Below are positions 1-11,074 of a stretch of DNA of 64,000 nt, piece by piece. Each line of letters starts with the position of its first letter. The stretch's first letter is position 1. Origin of the DNA: Centroscyllium fabricii (taxonomy: Eukaryota); NCBI GenBank assembly GCA_051313645.2, contig JBNRSN020000031.1, forward strand, positions 36,084,001-36,148,000, given 5' to 3'. Position numbers and translations under genes: made by a program. Under the pieces are notes generated by a model. It saw nothing but the letters and a program-made list of their open reading frames with translations. It made no database searches and had not been told where the DNA came from.

Positions 1-3000
1 TTCTATTTAATGATCGATAGCATTCTAATTTGTTTATATAATTGATTTCATTTAGCCACTTTTCAATGTATTCTGATTTATTTTTGTTGTCTATTGTTTT
101 TAGATCTTTGTTTGAAAGATTGTGAAGGGCCTCATTTTGAAGATGATGTGTTTCTTTGATATGTTGCAGGCGGTCTGTCTCTGGGCAGAGGGAGTTGCTC
201 ATGAATGCTCTGTGTTGGTAGGATTCATGGTCAGACTGGGCTAAGTGAGCCTGGAATTTAATGGCCCTTTTTTCCATGTTGACGGACAAAGGGAACTGAC
301 CCAGCTCTGCTCTGCAGGCGTGGTTTGGGCTGTTTCTATGGATTTTGAGGATATCTTTACAGAATTCAAGGTGTAATTTTTCTATAGGATTTGTGTCCCA
401 TGATATGCGTTTTTGATATATAAGAGGTCCCCATACCTCACTCCCGTACAGAAGAATTGGTTGAATTAGACTTTTGAAGATTTTTAGCCAAACTTTAATT
501 GGGGGGTTAAATTTGTTGTTTGACCGTCTGATGCAATAATAGGCCCTGAGTGCTTTATCCGTCAGTGCATTCATGGCTTTGTCGAATCTGCCCGACGCAC
601 TGATTGCTATTCCTAGATAGTTGTATTCCATAGTAAATCGGTATTTGGATGCCTGTGATCTGGCTTTTTTTTGAAACACCATAATCTTGGTTTTATTTAG
701 ATTTATGTCTAGTGCCCAGTTTTTACAGTAGTTCTCTAACAGTGATAGATTCTGCTGCAAACCTTGTTCTGTAGGAGATATCGGGACCAGGTCGTCTGCG
801 TACATGAGGAATTTGATTTCTTTTCCATGTAGAGATAATGTAGGACTTGGGGATTGTTCGAGTATACTAGCCAGTTTGTTAATGTAAATGTTGAATAGTG
901 TAGGAGATAGATTGCAGCCTTGGTGAACTCCTCGATTTTGAGTGGAAGCTCGGTTCTTTTGTGACCAATTTTCACAGAGCATTTATTAGCAGAGTATTTG
1001 GATTTAATTAGGTCATATATTTTGCCACCTATCCCACTTTGAAGGAGTTGAAACAATAGTCCATTGTGCCAAATTGAGTCAAATGCCTTTTTTAGGTCTA
1101 GAAACAGGCAAATATTTTTCCTTTGTTTTTTTGTGGACATGGTTTTTGCTGAGTGTATGTAAAGTGTAAATATGGTCTGATGTTTGATGTTTAGGTAAGA
1201 AACCGATTTGGCTCTTTGATAGGACATTGTGTTCAGTTAGGTATGTTAGTAATCTGGCATTGAGTATGCTTCAAAAGACTTTTCCAAGGTTACTATTGTC
1301 GCATATCCCTATATAGATGTTGGGGTCAAATTTATCTCCGTTTTTAAATATTGGGGTGATGAGTCCTTTGTTCCAGATCGTAGGGCAACTTCCGGTTTTC
1401 AGTACGAGGTTAAAGAGTTTTAGGAATGCAATCTGAAGTTTAGGACTACTGTGTTTCAGCATTTCTGGGTTGATGTTGTTGATTCCACAGGCCTTTCCTT
1501 TTTTAAGGGTTTTGAGTTTTTGTTTTAGTTCTTGAATTGTGATGGGATAATCAAGAGCACATTGGTTATCTTTTATTGCAGTCTCTAATACTTTTGAGTT
1601 TTTCAATAATTGAGGTCTGGTTAGAATTTAGACTGTGACTTTCTGGGTTCTTATAAAGGTCTTCAAAGTAATTTTTCCAGATACTGCCATTTTGGATTGG
1701 AGTATTCTCTTTGTGGGGAGTTGGATTAATTTTTTTCCATAAATGCCAGAATGTATTTTCATTGACGGCTTTTTCAATTTTAGCTAGTTCCCTCTCAATG
1801 TAGTGTGTTTGTTTTACACGGAGCTGTTTCTTGTACTGCTGTAGGGCCTTAAGGTATTCATTGCATTTTATCTGGTCGTTTGGGTTTCTATGTTTTTTGT
1901 TTGACAATTTCCTCAGTTTTTTCCTTGATGAAGCACATTCTTTGTCAAACCATCTCTCTTTTTGTTTTGTGCTTGGTTTTCTATTTGTTGACATTTGTAG
2001 TTTAGATTTTTTTTGCCAAATGGATAAATATGTGGCCAAATTAATGTTTTTTTTATTGAGTTGATACTGTGTGCTCAGAAATGTATCTAGTACGTATTGT
2101 GTTTCATCACAGTATAATGCCGCAGTGTAGTCAGCGGTACTGTTTTCTGTTCATTTGTATTTCCTCGGGAGAGGGAGGAGGTTGGGCTTTGTGTTTGGGT
2201 TCCCTTTGTGTGTCAGATTTTTTTAAGTATAGGGTTGTTTGGCTGTGGTCTGATATGGGAAGTTGGGGCGAGACTACAAATGCATTAATATGTTGTGGTT
2301 CCATGTCAGTAATGGCATAATCTACCACGCTATTTCCCAGCACAGAGCAGTTGGTGAATCTACCCAGAGAGTCTCCCCTGAACCTGCCGTTGATAATGTA
2401 CAAACCCAGACCTTTGCACGTTTGAAGTACCTGTTTGCCGGTTTTATTTACTACACTGTCATAACTTTTTCTCTGTGTGGTTATGGAGGTTTGGTATGAA
2501 GGGGTTTGTCTAAATATATGTTTGTTTCCTTCCACATTGATAAAATCTGGCTCCCTACCAGTCCTGGCATTAAGGTCACCGCATAATAGGATTGAGCCTA
2601 AATTTTAGAAATGACATTTCCTTTTGGAGATCTTTAAAGTCCTCCTCTACGTCAGGGGTCCCCAACCATTTTGGGACCGTGGACCATTTTGGGCTTGTAA
2701 AAAAATTTCATGGGGGGGTGCTGGCGGAGTTTTTTTGACTGACCGGGAGGGGGGGGGTGCTGGTGGAGTTTTTTTGACTGACCGGGGGGGAGGGTGCTGG
2801 CGGAGTTTTTTTGACTGACCCTGACCGGGGGCGGGGGGGGGTGCTGGCGGAGTTTTTTGGACTGACCTGGGGGGGGAGGCTGGCGGAGGTTTTTGACTGA
2901 CCCGGGGGGGGGGGGGGGTGCTGTCGGAGGATTTTTCACTAACCGGGGTGGGGTGGGGGGGGGGTTGGCGGAGGTTTTTTCACTAACCGGGGGGGCTGTC

Positions 3001-3567
3001 TTCCATCTGTGCCTCGTTAAACGTCTTCCGTCGGCGAATGATCTGCGCATGCGCCGATTCACAGACCCTTCCGCGGACCGTCGGCGAATGATCTGCGCAT
3101 GCGCCGATTCTCAGACCCTTCCGCGGACCGGTAAAACTGTCCCGCGGACCGGCGGTTGGGGACCTCTGCTCTACGTGGTAGGGGGAATTTAAAGATGGGA
3201 TATAGACTGCACATAGATAGACATCCCTGCTGTTTTCCAAGATACCTGTGTTGATCTTAATCCAAGTATGGTTTTTTCCTTTCTTGACTGCTGAAATGGA
3301 GTCTTTGTACTCCACTTTATACCACACCAGGATACCGCCAGAGTCTCTGCCATTCTTGACATGGGCAAGTTTTACAGAGGGTACGATGAGTTCAATATAG
3401 TTGTTCGGACAATTGGAGTTAATATGTTTTTGGTTCCATGTTTCAGTCAAAATAATTATATCCATATTTTGTATACTATTTATAAATTCTGGGTTTGTCG
3501 ATTTCAAGCTAAATACTGTAGAAGACAAGCCCTGTATGTTCCAGCTACTAATAGAGAATGATGCCAT
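1..3567 (-). pseudogene. LINE ORF2 (APE endonuclease + reverse transcriptase), frameshifted
   Basis: ORF pieces 2983-3567, 2131-2535, 1566-2039, 1271-1606 and 736-1227 carry consecutive APE and RT motifs. Confidence 0.85.
2653..3168. mobile_element. hAT (Charlie-like) MITE
   Basis: TIRs CAGGGGTCCCCAACC / GGTTGGGGACCTCTG; perfect 8-bp TSD CTCTACGT (2645-2652, 3169-3176); internal G-rich ~35-40 bp tandem units. Confidence 0.92.
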
Positions 3568-4128
3568 TTTAAAAAATATTTTCCTTCACTGGAAGTGTTT
3601 TTCAAAGAAGTATCTGATCTATAATCCAAGTCATTTTTTATTTATTTATTTTTTAATTAAAAAAAATTAATTATCTTTTTTTTATTACCATAATGAGCTT
3701 AGTAGTTTATCATAGATTATGGTAATCAGGTCTTTTATCTGAGTTGGGTTTAGTTGGGTAGGTGGGGGTTTCGCTGCCTTAGCATTTGCAGCGATAAAAT
3801 TGTCTCTCTGGGCTGTTGGCTGAAGTGGTTGTTGCTGTTGTTGCCAATTGTCATGTCCCTGAGGGACCTGGGGAGGTGGGGGGGTATTGTGTTAGGGCGT
3901 GTTGGGGTAGGGTGGTTCTTTGCGTCCTGGGAAGGTTTGAGCCACTGTGGACGGGTGTTTTAGTGTGTTGGTGGGTCTTGGGAAGGGTCTTGGTGCAAGG
4001 GGTGGTCGTGTCCCGGTTTAGAGCTGTATCTTTGATGTCCTTCGCCAACATACTCACCGCTCATGTTGAGGTGCAGTCGGTCGTAGAGGTGCTGGTGTCC
4101 TTCGCCAACATACTCACACCGCTCATGT

Positions 4129-5631
4129 CAGGACCTCTCTCGCGTCAGGGGATGTGCCTGAGGACTGGAGAACGGCTAATGTAGTACCCTTGTTTAAAAA
4201 GGGTAGTAGGGACAAACCGGGCAACTACAGGCCAATCAGTCTTACATCTGTAGTGGGGAAAGTAATGGAAAAAATTCTGAGGGATAAAATCAGTTCGCAT
4301 TTGGACAACCAAGGTCTAATAAGAGACAGTCAGCATGGCTTCGTCAAAGGTAAGTCGTGCCTGACCAATCTGTTGGAATTCTTCGAGGAAGTAACAAAGA
4401 GGGTGGATGAAGGGAGTACTGTGGACGTAGTATATATGGACTTTAGCAAAGCTTTTGATAAAGTCCCACATAGGAGACTAATAACAAAGGTTAGAGCGCA
4501 CGGGATACAGGGTAACTTGGCACAGTGGATCGAAAACTGGCTGGGGGATAGGAGACAAAGGGTAATGGTAGAGGGCTGCTTCTGTGACTGGAAACCAGTA
4601 ACCAGTGGCGTCCCCCAAGGATCGGTTTTGGGACCCTTACTGTTTCTAGTATACATCAACGATTTGGATATGGGAGTAGGGGGTACAATCAGCAAATTCG
4701 CTGATGATACGAAAATCGGAAGGGTGGTAAACAACGATGAGGATAGTAAGGGGCTTCAGGAGGATATAGATCTAATGGTTAATTGGGCAGAAAAATGGCA
4801 AATGGAGTTCAACCCAGAGAAATGCGAGGTCATTCAATTCGGTAGACCAAATGGGGTAAGGGAATATACCATGAACAACAAAACGTTAAATAGGACCGAG
4901 GAGCAGAGGGACCTGGGGGTACAGGTGCACAGCTCCCTGAAGGTTGCTGGACACGTTAACAAGGTGGTTAAGAAGGCATACGGAATCCTCGCCTTTATTA
5001 ACCAGGGCATAGTATACAAAAGTAGGGAGGTAATGTTAAACCTGTATAACACACTGGTGAGACCTCAGCTGGAGTACTGTGTGCAGTTCTGGTCACCGCA
5101 CTACAGGAAGGATGTGGCTGCCCTGGAGAGGGTGCAGAGAAGGTTTACCAGGATGATACCTGGTCTGGCGGACCTATGCTACGAGGAAAGGCTGGACAGG
5201 CTGGGGTTGTTTGCCTTGGAGAAAAGAAGGTGGAGGGGTGACATGATTGAGGTGTACAAGATCATGAGGGGACACGATAGGGTAGACAAAGGGGCATTGT
5301 TTCCCCTGGTGGGAGAGTCAAGCACTAGGGGACATAGATTCAAGATCAGGGGGGGGAGGTTTAGGGGGGAGGTAAGGAGAAATTTCTTTACCCAGAGGGT
5401 GGTGGAAGACTGGAACTCCCTGCCTGTGAGGGTGGTGGAGGCAGGAACCATCACAACATTTAAAAAATACTTGGACCAGCACATGAAGGACCATAACATA
5501 CAGGGTTATGGGCCAGGTGCGGGCAACTGGGGTTAGTACAGGGAGGAGTTTTCCTGGGCCGGTGCGGACTGGATGGGCCGAATGGCCCTTATCCGCACTG
5601 TAAAATTTCTATGATTCTATGATTCTATGAT
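4129..5631 (+). mobile_element. 5'-truncated young CR1 LINE
   Basis: Intact RT ORF followed by a short 3' UTR and (ATTCTATG)n tail at ~5606-5631. Confidence 0.95.
4154..5536 (+). CDS. CR1 ORF2 reverse transcriptase C-terminal part (460 aa, uninterrupted, 5'-truncated, no true start)
   Basis: [55 protein letters not shown] motifs. Confidence 0.9.
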   Translation: MPEDWRTANVVPLFKKGSRDKPGNYRPISLTSVVGKVMEKILRDKISSHLDNQGLIRDSQHGFVKGKSCLTNLLEFFEEVTKRVDEGSTVDVVYMDFSKAFDKVPHRRLITKVRAHGIQGNLAQWIENWLGDRRQRVMVEGCFCDWKPVTSGVPQGSVLGPLLFLVYINDLDMGVGGTISKFADDTKIGRVVNNDEDSKGLQEDIDLMVNWAEKWQMEFNPEKCEVIQFGRPNGVREYTMNNKTLNRTEEQRDLGVQVHSSLKVAGHVNKVVKKAYGILAFINQGIVYKSREVMLNLYNTLVRPQLEYCVQFWSPHYRKDVAALERVQRRFTRMIPGLADLCYEERLDRLGLFALEKRRWRGDMIEVYKIMRGHDRVDKGALFPLVGESSTRGHRFKIRGGRFRGEVRRNFFTQRVVEDWNSLPVRVVEAGTITTFKKYLDQHMKDHNIQGYGPGAGNWG

Positions 5632-5799
5632 AGACATAGAAGATAGGAGCAGGAGTAGGCCATTCGGCCCTTCGAGCCTGCTCCGCCATTCAATGAGATC
5701 ATGACTGATCATCCAAACCCAGCACCCCGTCCCTGCCTTGTCCCCATATCCCTCGATCCCTATCAAGCCTGCACCGAGACATATCCCACCCTATCCCCG
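5632..5799 (-). mobile_element. 3' fragment of HE1-like V-SINE
   Basis: Matches the reverse complement of the 3' part of full copies such as 28335-28728. Confidence 0.85.
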
Positions 5800-6169
5800 G
5801 TGTTGAGGTGCAGTCGGTCGTAGAGGTGCTGGTGTGTTATCTGTTCGTGTCATGCCACATGGACGTTGGGCAGTTGGGCACATCTTTTGAGGATATCACT
5901 GTTAATTCTGTTAATTACCTGCTGTTTGTCTTTTCTGTGTAGCAGAGTGGATATGGTTATCCTTGCTGTGGGGAGCTCTCTGTTAGCTTTCGCTGCTATC
6001 TGACTCAGTGCTTGAGGTATATCTATGTGCGTGTTCAGATCATTGGTTCCAGTGTGAATCAGGCTATGTTCAACTTTTTGAAAATTATGGCTGGACAGCT
6101 CGAGCTCCTCCATGGCCTTTGACGTGGTGGGGCTCCAAATCTTTTCTGATCTTCTGCCTGGGAAGAGAC

Positions 6170-6310
6170 GCAGAGGCGGGGTCAGCCGGTACGGGTCCTT
6201 ACAGAAAGATAAAGGCATTAACAGATATATAACAAGATATATACAAACACATTAAACAGAACTAGAAACAATAACAGTACAGTGTGAACCACCCCAAAAG
6301 GTTCATCACA
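6170..6310. mobile_element. Partial LTR related to solo LTR 20927-21905
   Basis: Shares GGGTCAGCCGGT..GTCCTTACAGAAAG and the terminus CAGTGTGAACCAC..GGTTCATCACA. Confidence 0.6.
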
Positions 6311-6433
6311 TGTATTCAGCTAAAGTTCTCATTCGGTCTTCTATGATGTTTCATGGGGCTCCGTGAAGAGTCCGAGCTAGCGGTTATAAATACCATTTAC
6401 AGATCTTCAGTGCACTGATGTGAATTCCAAGAA

Positions 6434-8493
6434 TTCATAGAATCATAGAATCATAGAAATTTTACAGTGCGGATAAGGGCCATTCGGCCCATCCAGTCCG
6501 CACCGGCCCAGGAAACTCCTCGCTATACTAACCCCATTTGCCCGCACCTGGCCCATAACCCTGTATGTTATGGTCCTTCATGTGCTGGTCCAAATATTTT
6601 TTAAATGTTGCGATGGTTTCTGTTTCCACCACCCTTACAGGCAGGGAGTTCCAGACTTCCACCACCCTCTGGGTAAAGAAATTTCTCCTTACCTCCCCCC
6701 TAAACCTCCCTCCCCTAATCTTGAATCTATGTCCCCTAGTACTTGACTCTCCCACCAATGGAAACAATGCCCCTTTATCTACCCTATCGTGTCCTCTCAT
6801 GATCTTGTAGACCTCAATCATGTCACCCCTCCACCTTCTCTTCTCCAGGGCAAACAACCCCAGCCTGTCCAGCCTCTCTTCGTAGCATAAGTCCCCCAGA
6901 CCAGGTATCATCCTGGTAAACCTTCTCTGCACCCTTTCCAGGGCAACCACGTCCTTCCTGAAGTGCGGTGACCAGAACTGCACACAGTACTCCAGCTGGG
7001 GTCTCACCAGTGTATTATACAAGTTTAACATTACCTCCCTACTTTTGTATACTATGCCCTGGTTAATAAAGGCCAGTATTCCGTATGCCTTCTTAACCAC
7101 CTTGTTAACGTGTCCAGCAACCTTCAGGGAGCTGTGCACCTGTACCCCTAGGTCCCTCTGTTCCTTGGTCCTATTTAACGTTTTGTTGTTCATGGTATAT
7201 TCCCTTACCCCGTTTGGTCTACCGAATTGAATGACCTCGCATTTCTCTGGGTTGAACTCCATTTGCCATTTTTCTGCCCAATTAACCATTAGATCTATAT
7301 CCTCCTGAAGCCCCTTACTATCCTCATCGTTGTTTACCACCCTTCCGATTTTCGTATCATCAGCGAATTTGCTGATCATGCCCCCTACTCCCATATCCAA
7401 ATCGTTGATGTATACTAGAAACAGTAAGGGTCCCAAAACCGATCCCTGGGGGACACCACTGGTTACTGGTTTCCAGTCACAGAAGCAGCCCTCTACCATT
7501 ACCCTCTGTCTCCTATCCCCTAGCCAATTTTCGATCCACTGTGCCAAGTTGCCCTGAATCCCGTGCGCTCTAACCTTTGTTATTAGTCTCCTATGTGGGA
7601 CTTTATCAAAAGCTTTGCTAAAGTCCATATACACTACGTCCACAGTACTCCCTTCATCCACCCTCTTTGTTACCTCCTCAAAGAATTCCAACAGGTTAGT
7701 CAGGCACGACTTACCTTTGACGAAGCCATGCTGACTGTCCCTTATGAGACCTTGTTTGTCCAAATGCGAGCTGATTTTGTCCCTCAGAATTTTTTCCATC
7801 ACTTTCCCTACTACAGATGTAAGACTGATTGGCCTATAGTTACCCGGTTTGTCCCTACTACCCTTTTTAAACAGGGGTACTACATTAGCCGTTCTCCAGT
7901 CCTCAGGTACATCCCCTGACGCGAGAGAGGTCCTGAAGATTTGAGACAGGGGGCCCGCAAGCTCTTCCCTGGCCTCGAACAGCAGCCTGGGGAACATTGC
8001 GTCCGGCCCTGGTGATTTGTCCACCTTTAGGCCTCCCAAGATTTCTAAAACTTCTTCCCTTGTAGTGGTAATATCCTTGATTACCCCCCCTACACTCTGT
8101 CCGATTTCGATGTCGGTATCGTCCCTCTCTTTTGTGAATACTGAAGAGAAGAATTCATTTAGTACCTCCCCCACCTCCTCAGGCTCGACGCACAGCTTTC
8201 CGCTATCGTCCTTAATGGGCCCCACTCTTTCCCTCGTGATCCTTTTGTTTTTTATATAACCATAAAAAGCCTTAGGGTTTTCCTTGATTTTACTGGCCAT
8301 TGTAATCTCATGACCTCTCTTGGCTTTTCTTATCTCCTTCTTTAAATCACCCCTATATTTCTTATACTCCCCTAGTGCCTCCTCGGTTTTTAGCCGTTTA
8401 TATTCATTGAAAGCCCCCCTTTTTTTCTTCATTAATTTACATATATCCCTAGACATCCAAGGTTCCCTTTGTTTGCCTCCCCCACCCTTAATT
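6434..8493 (-). mobile_element. 5'-truncated young CR1 LINE, same family as 4129-5631, inverted orientation
   Basis: (CATAGAAT)n tail at ~6436-6458; open ORF2; translation nearly identical to 4154-5536. Confidence 0.95.
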
Positions 8494-8504
8494 GAAAAAA
8501 GCAT
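6528..8504 (-). CDS. CR1 ORF2 fragment (linker + RT, 658 aa, uninterrupted, lacks endonuclease)
   Basis: KENPKAFYGY, KSPGPD and the full RT motif set with no stops. The first few codons lie outside the element. Confidence 0.9.
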   Translation of the reverse strand: MLFSIKGGGGKQREPWMSRDICKLMKKKRGAFNEYKRLKTEEALGEYKKYRGDLKKEIRKAKRGHEITMASKIKENPKAFYGYIKNKRITRERVGPIKDDSGKLCVEPEEVGEVLNEFFSSVFTKERDDTDIEIGQSVGGVIKDITTTREEVLEILGGLKVDKSPGPDAMFPRLLFEAREELAGPLSQIFRTSLASGDVPEDWRTANVVPLFKKGSRDKPGNYRPISLTSVVGKVMEKILRDKISSHLDKQGLIRDSQHGFVKGKSCLTNLLEFFEEVTKRVDEGSTVDVVYMDFSKAFDKVPHRRLITKVRAHGIQGNLAQWIENWLGDRRQRVMVEGCFCDWKPVTSGVPQGSVLGPLLFLVYINDLDMGVGGMISKFADDTKIGRVVNNDEDSKGLQEDIDLMVNWAEKWQMEFNPEKCEVIQFGRPNGVREYTMNNKTLNRTKEQRDLGVQVHSSLKVAGHVNKVVKKAYGILAFINQGIVYKSREVMLNLYNTLVRPQLEYCVQFWSPHFRKDVVALERVQRRFTRMIPGLGDLCYEERLDRLGLFALEKRRWRGDMIEVYKIMRGHDRVDKGALFPLVGESSTRGHRFKIRGGRFRGEVRRNFFTQRVVEVWNSLPVRVVETETIATFKKYLDQHMKDHNIQGYGPGAGKWG

Positions 8505-8545
8505 GACCTAGAAAATAACTCTTCCGAATTTGAGCTCCAGATTTT

Positions 8546-8843
8546 AACAATAATAATAATAATTCAACTTTTATTGTCATTATGCAATGTACAAGTACAT
8601 GAACAATGAAATGTGATCTGGCAAGCTCCCAAGAATCCAGCAAAGCCGCTGCGTCTGTGCGCGCCGCCATTCCATCTTTCCCATCATTCCGACAATCTTC
8701 AACCAACCGCCCCTCCCCGGGGCTCCTTTCGTGACCACCTGCACCTGGTATTCCCTGGTGGGCACCCATCCAAGTACTAACCAGGCCTGGCTCTGCTTAG
8801 CTTCCAAGCCTTGCCCAGTGACCCTGTCCCTAGTCCCAGGAAC
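8546..8843 (-). mobile_element. 5S rRNA-derived SINE (SINE3 type) with Rex1-like tail, copy 1
   Basis: Reverse strand reads GGAAGCTAAGCAGAGCCAGGCCTGGTTAGTACTTGGATGGG..GGGAATACCAGGTGC (5S internal control region) and ends GACAATAAAGTTGAA(TTA)n. Confidence 0.85.
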
Positions 8844-9304
8844 GTGGAGCCAACTCAAAAATCCAGGATGACGTCAGTAGTATCCACACGGAAAGAATCA
8901 ATGACAGGACAACGGGATCGACCTGAACTTTGAAGTAACTGCTTTTACCTTATTGAGCTGAGGTGTGCGAGGAGCTGAGTGAATATATACACAGTTAAAG
9001 GATTTGACAGCTGAAGTGCTCAGGCTTTGTGACTGCACACATTGCTCCTTCACACCTCCAAAGTAGCGACAGTTTTGACCCAACTTAAAGACTTGGTGGG
9101 GGGTAGGGGGGTGAACCAAAGGTTGCTAAATGGGAGCCAACATTCTCTGGCAGAGGGGCAAAAAACACTTGAAATTTAAAGCATGCGCTCTCTCTGTCTT
9201 TTTCTCAACTCCTCTCTCTCTCTCTCCTGACATTCTCTCATGCGCACTCTCTCTTTCTGTTCTTTCTCTCTCTATCCTTTCTCCCTATATACTTTCTCTC
9301 TATC

Positions 9305-9420
9305 CAAATTCAAATTCAAATAGCTTTATTGGCATGAATGGTATCCACCGTTGTTGCCAAAGCATTGTAATATACAAAAAATAGTATATTAATAACAATA
9401 CAAACAAAATAATTATAACA
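9305..9420 (-). mobile_element. Short LINE 3' tail fragment (L2-like)
   Basis: Reverse strand CAATGCTTTGGCAAC..CATGCCAATAAAGCTA(TTTGAA)n. Confidence 0.5.
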
Positions 9421-9539
9421 TTTAACTAGACTTAGGAAAGCCCTTCTTAGAGATTCGTATGTTGGGCATCCTGATACATTTTATAATCAAGTACATTGTA
9501 TTCCAGGAACATTTTTTTTCAGTATTGTATTCCGTAGAC

Positions 9540-11008
9540 TGTATTGCCGGTATTTCTTATATTCAGTACATTGTATTGCAGGTATTTCTTATATGCAGTA
9601 CATTGTCTTGCAGGTATTTCTTATATGCAGTACATTGTCTTGCAGGTATTTCTTATATGCAGTACATTGTATTGCAGGTATTTCTTATATTCAGTACATT
9701 GTATTGCCGGTATTTCTTATATTCAGTACATTGTATTCCTGGTATTCTTATATTCAATACATTGTATTCCCTGTATGACTTATATTCAGTACATTGTATT
9801 CCCGGTACAGCTTATATTCAGTACATTGTATTCCCTGTACATTGTATTCCCTGTATGACTTGTAGTCAGTACATTGTATTCCCTGGACATTGTATTCCCT
9901 GTATGACTTGTAGTCAGTACATTGTATTCCCTGGACATTGTATTCCCTGTATGACATGTAGTCAGTACATTGTATTCCCTGGACATTGTATTCCCTGTAT
10001 GACTTGTAGTCAGTACATTGTATTCCCTGGACATTGTATTCCCTGTGTGACTTGTAGTCACTACATTGTATTCCCTGGACATTGTATTCCCTGTATGACT
10101 TGTAGTCAGTACATTGTATTCCCTGGACATTGTATTCCCTGTATGACTTGTTGTCAGTACATTGTATTCCCTGGACATTGTATTCCCTGTATGACTTGTA
10201 GTCAGTACATTGTATTCCCTGGACATTGTATTCCCTGTGTGACTTGTAGTCAGTACATTGTATTCCCTGGATATTGTATTCCCTGTATGACTTGTAGTCA
10301 GTACATTGTATTCCCTGGACATTGTATTCCCTGTATGACTTGTTGTCAGTACATTGTATTCCCTGGACATTGTATTCCCTGTATGACTTGTAGTCAGTAC
10401 ATTGTATTCCCTGGACATTGTATTCCCTGTATGACTTGTAGTCAGTACATTGTATTCCCTGGACATTGTATTTCCTGTATGACTTGTTGTCAGTACATTG
10501 TATTCCCTGGACATTGTATTCCCTGTATGACTTGTTGTCAGTACATTGTATTCCCTGGACATTGTATTCCCTGTATGACTTGTAGTCAGTACATTGTATT
10601 CCCAGGACATTGTATTCCCTGTATGACTTGTGGTTAGTACATTGTATTCCCTGGACATTGTATTTCCTGTATGACTTGTAGTCAGTACATTGTATTCCCT
10701 GGACATTGTATTCCCTGTATGACTTGTAGTCAGTACATTGTATTCCCTGGACATTGTATTCCCTGTATGACTTGTAGTCAGTACATTGTATTCCCTGGAC
10801 ATTGTATTCCCTGTATGACTTGTAGTCAGTACATTGTATTCCCTGGACATTGTATTCCCTGTGTGACTTGTAGTCAGTACATTGTATTCCCTGGACATTG
10901 TATTCCCTGTATGACTTGTGGTTAGTACATTGTATTCCCTGGACATTGTATTTCCTGTGTGACTTGTAGTCAGTACATTGTATTCCCTGGACATTGTATT
11001 CCCTGTAT
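9540..11008. repeat. Minisatellite: ~32-bp units grading into about 24 copies of a 48-bp unit
   Basis: 48-mer CAGTACATTGTATTCCCTGGACATTGTATTCCCTGTATGACTTGTAGT; left 32-mer CAGTACATTGTATTGCAGGTATTTCTTATATG. Confidence 0.95.
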
Positions 11009-11074
11009 TATCCTTTCTCTCTCTCTAACCGTTCTCTCGCTCTCTATCCTTTCTCTTTCTCCTCTCTCTCTCCT

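Larger units (their letters stand above)
1..6165 (-). mobile_element. Degraded L2/Crack-like (CR1-group) LINE, interrupted by a hAT MITE, a CR1 copy and a SINE fragment; 3' end runs off the window
   Basis: Minus-strand fragments in LINE order: ORF1 SGNH esterase (LIHTGTNDL at 5850-6165, DRLHLN near 5800/4130), APE endonuclease (SWNIQGL..ILTETW, GDLNA, SDHS; 2131-3567) and RT (FLDLKKAFDSIWH, YADD region, LYGSEVWG; 1-1606). Several frameshifts. Confidence 0.85.

Noticed and set aside
2652-3062. Proline-rich ORF
   Set aside because: It is the translation of G/C-run tandem units inside the hAT MITE.
5850-6218. Host SGNH esterase gene
   Set aside because: It lies upstream of LINE ORF2 on the same strand; esterase domains are a known ORF1 feature of CR1/L2-group LINEs.
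9459-10994. 392-aa and 402-aa ORFs on opposite strands
   Set aside because: Both are translations of a 48-bp tandem unit that lacks stops in those frames; there is no other coding evidence.
9820-11008. CRISPR-like regular array
   Set aside because: There are no unique spacers; it is a head-to-tail tandem repeat in vertebrate DNA with no cas genes.
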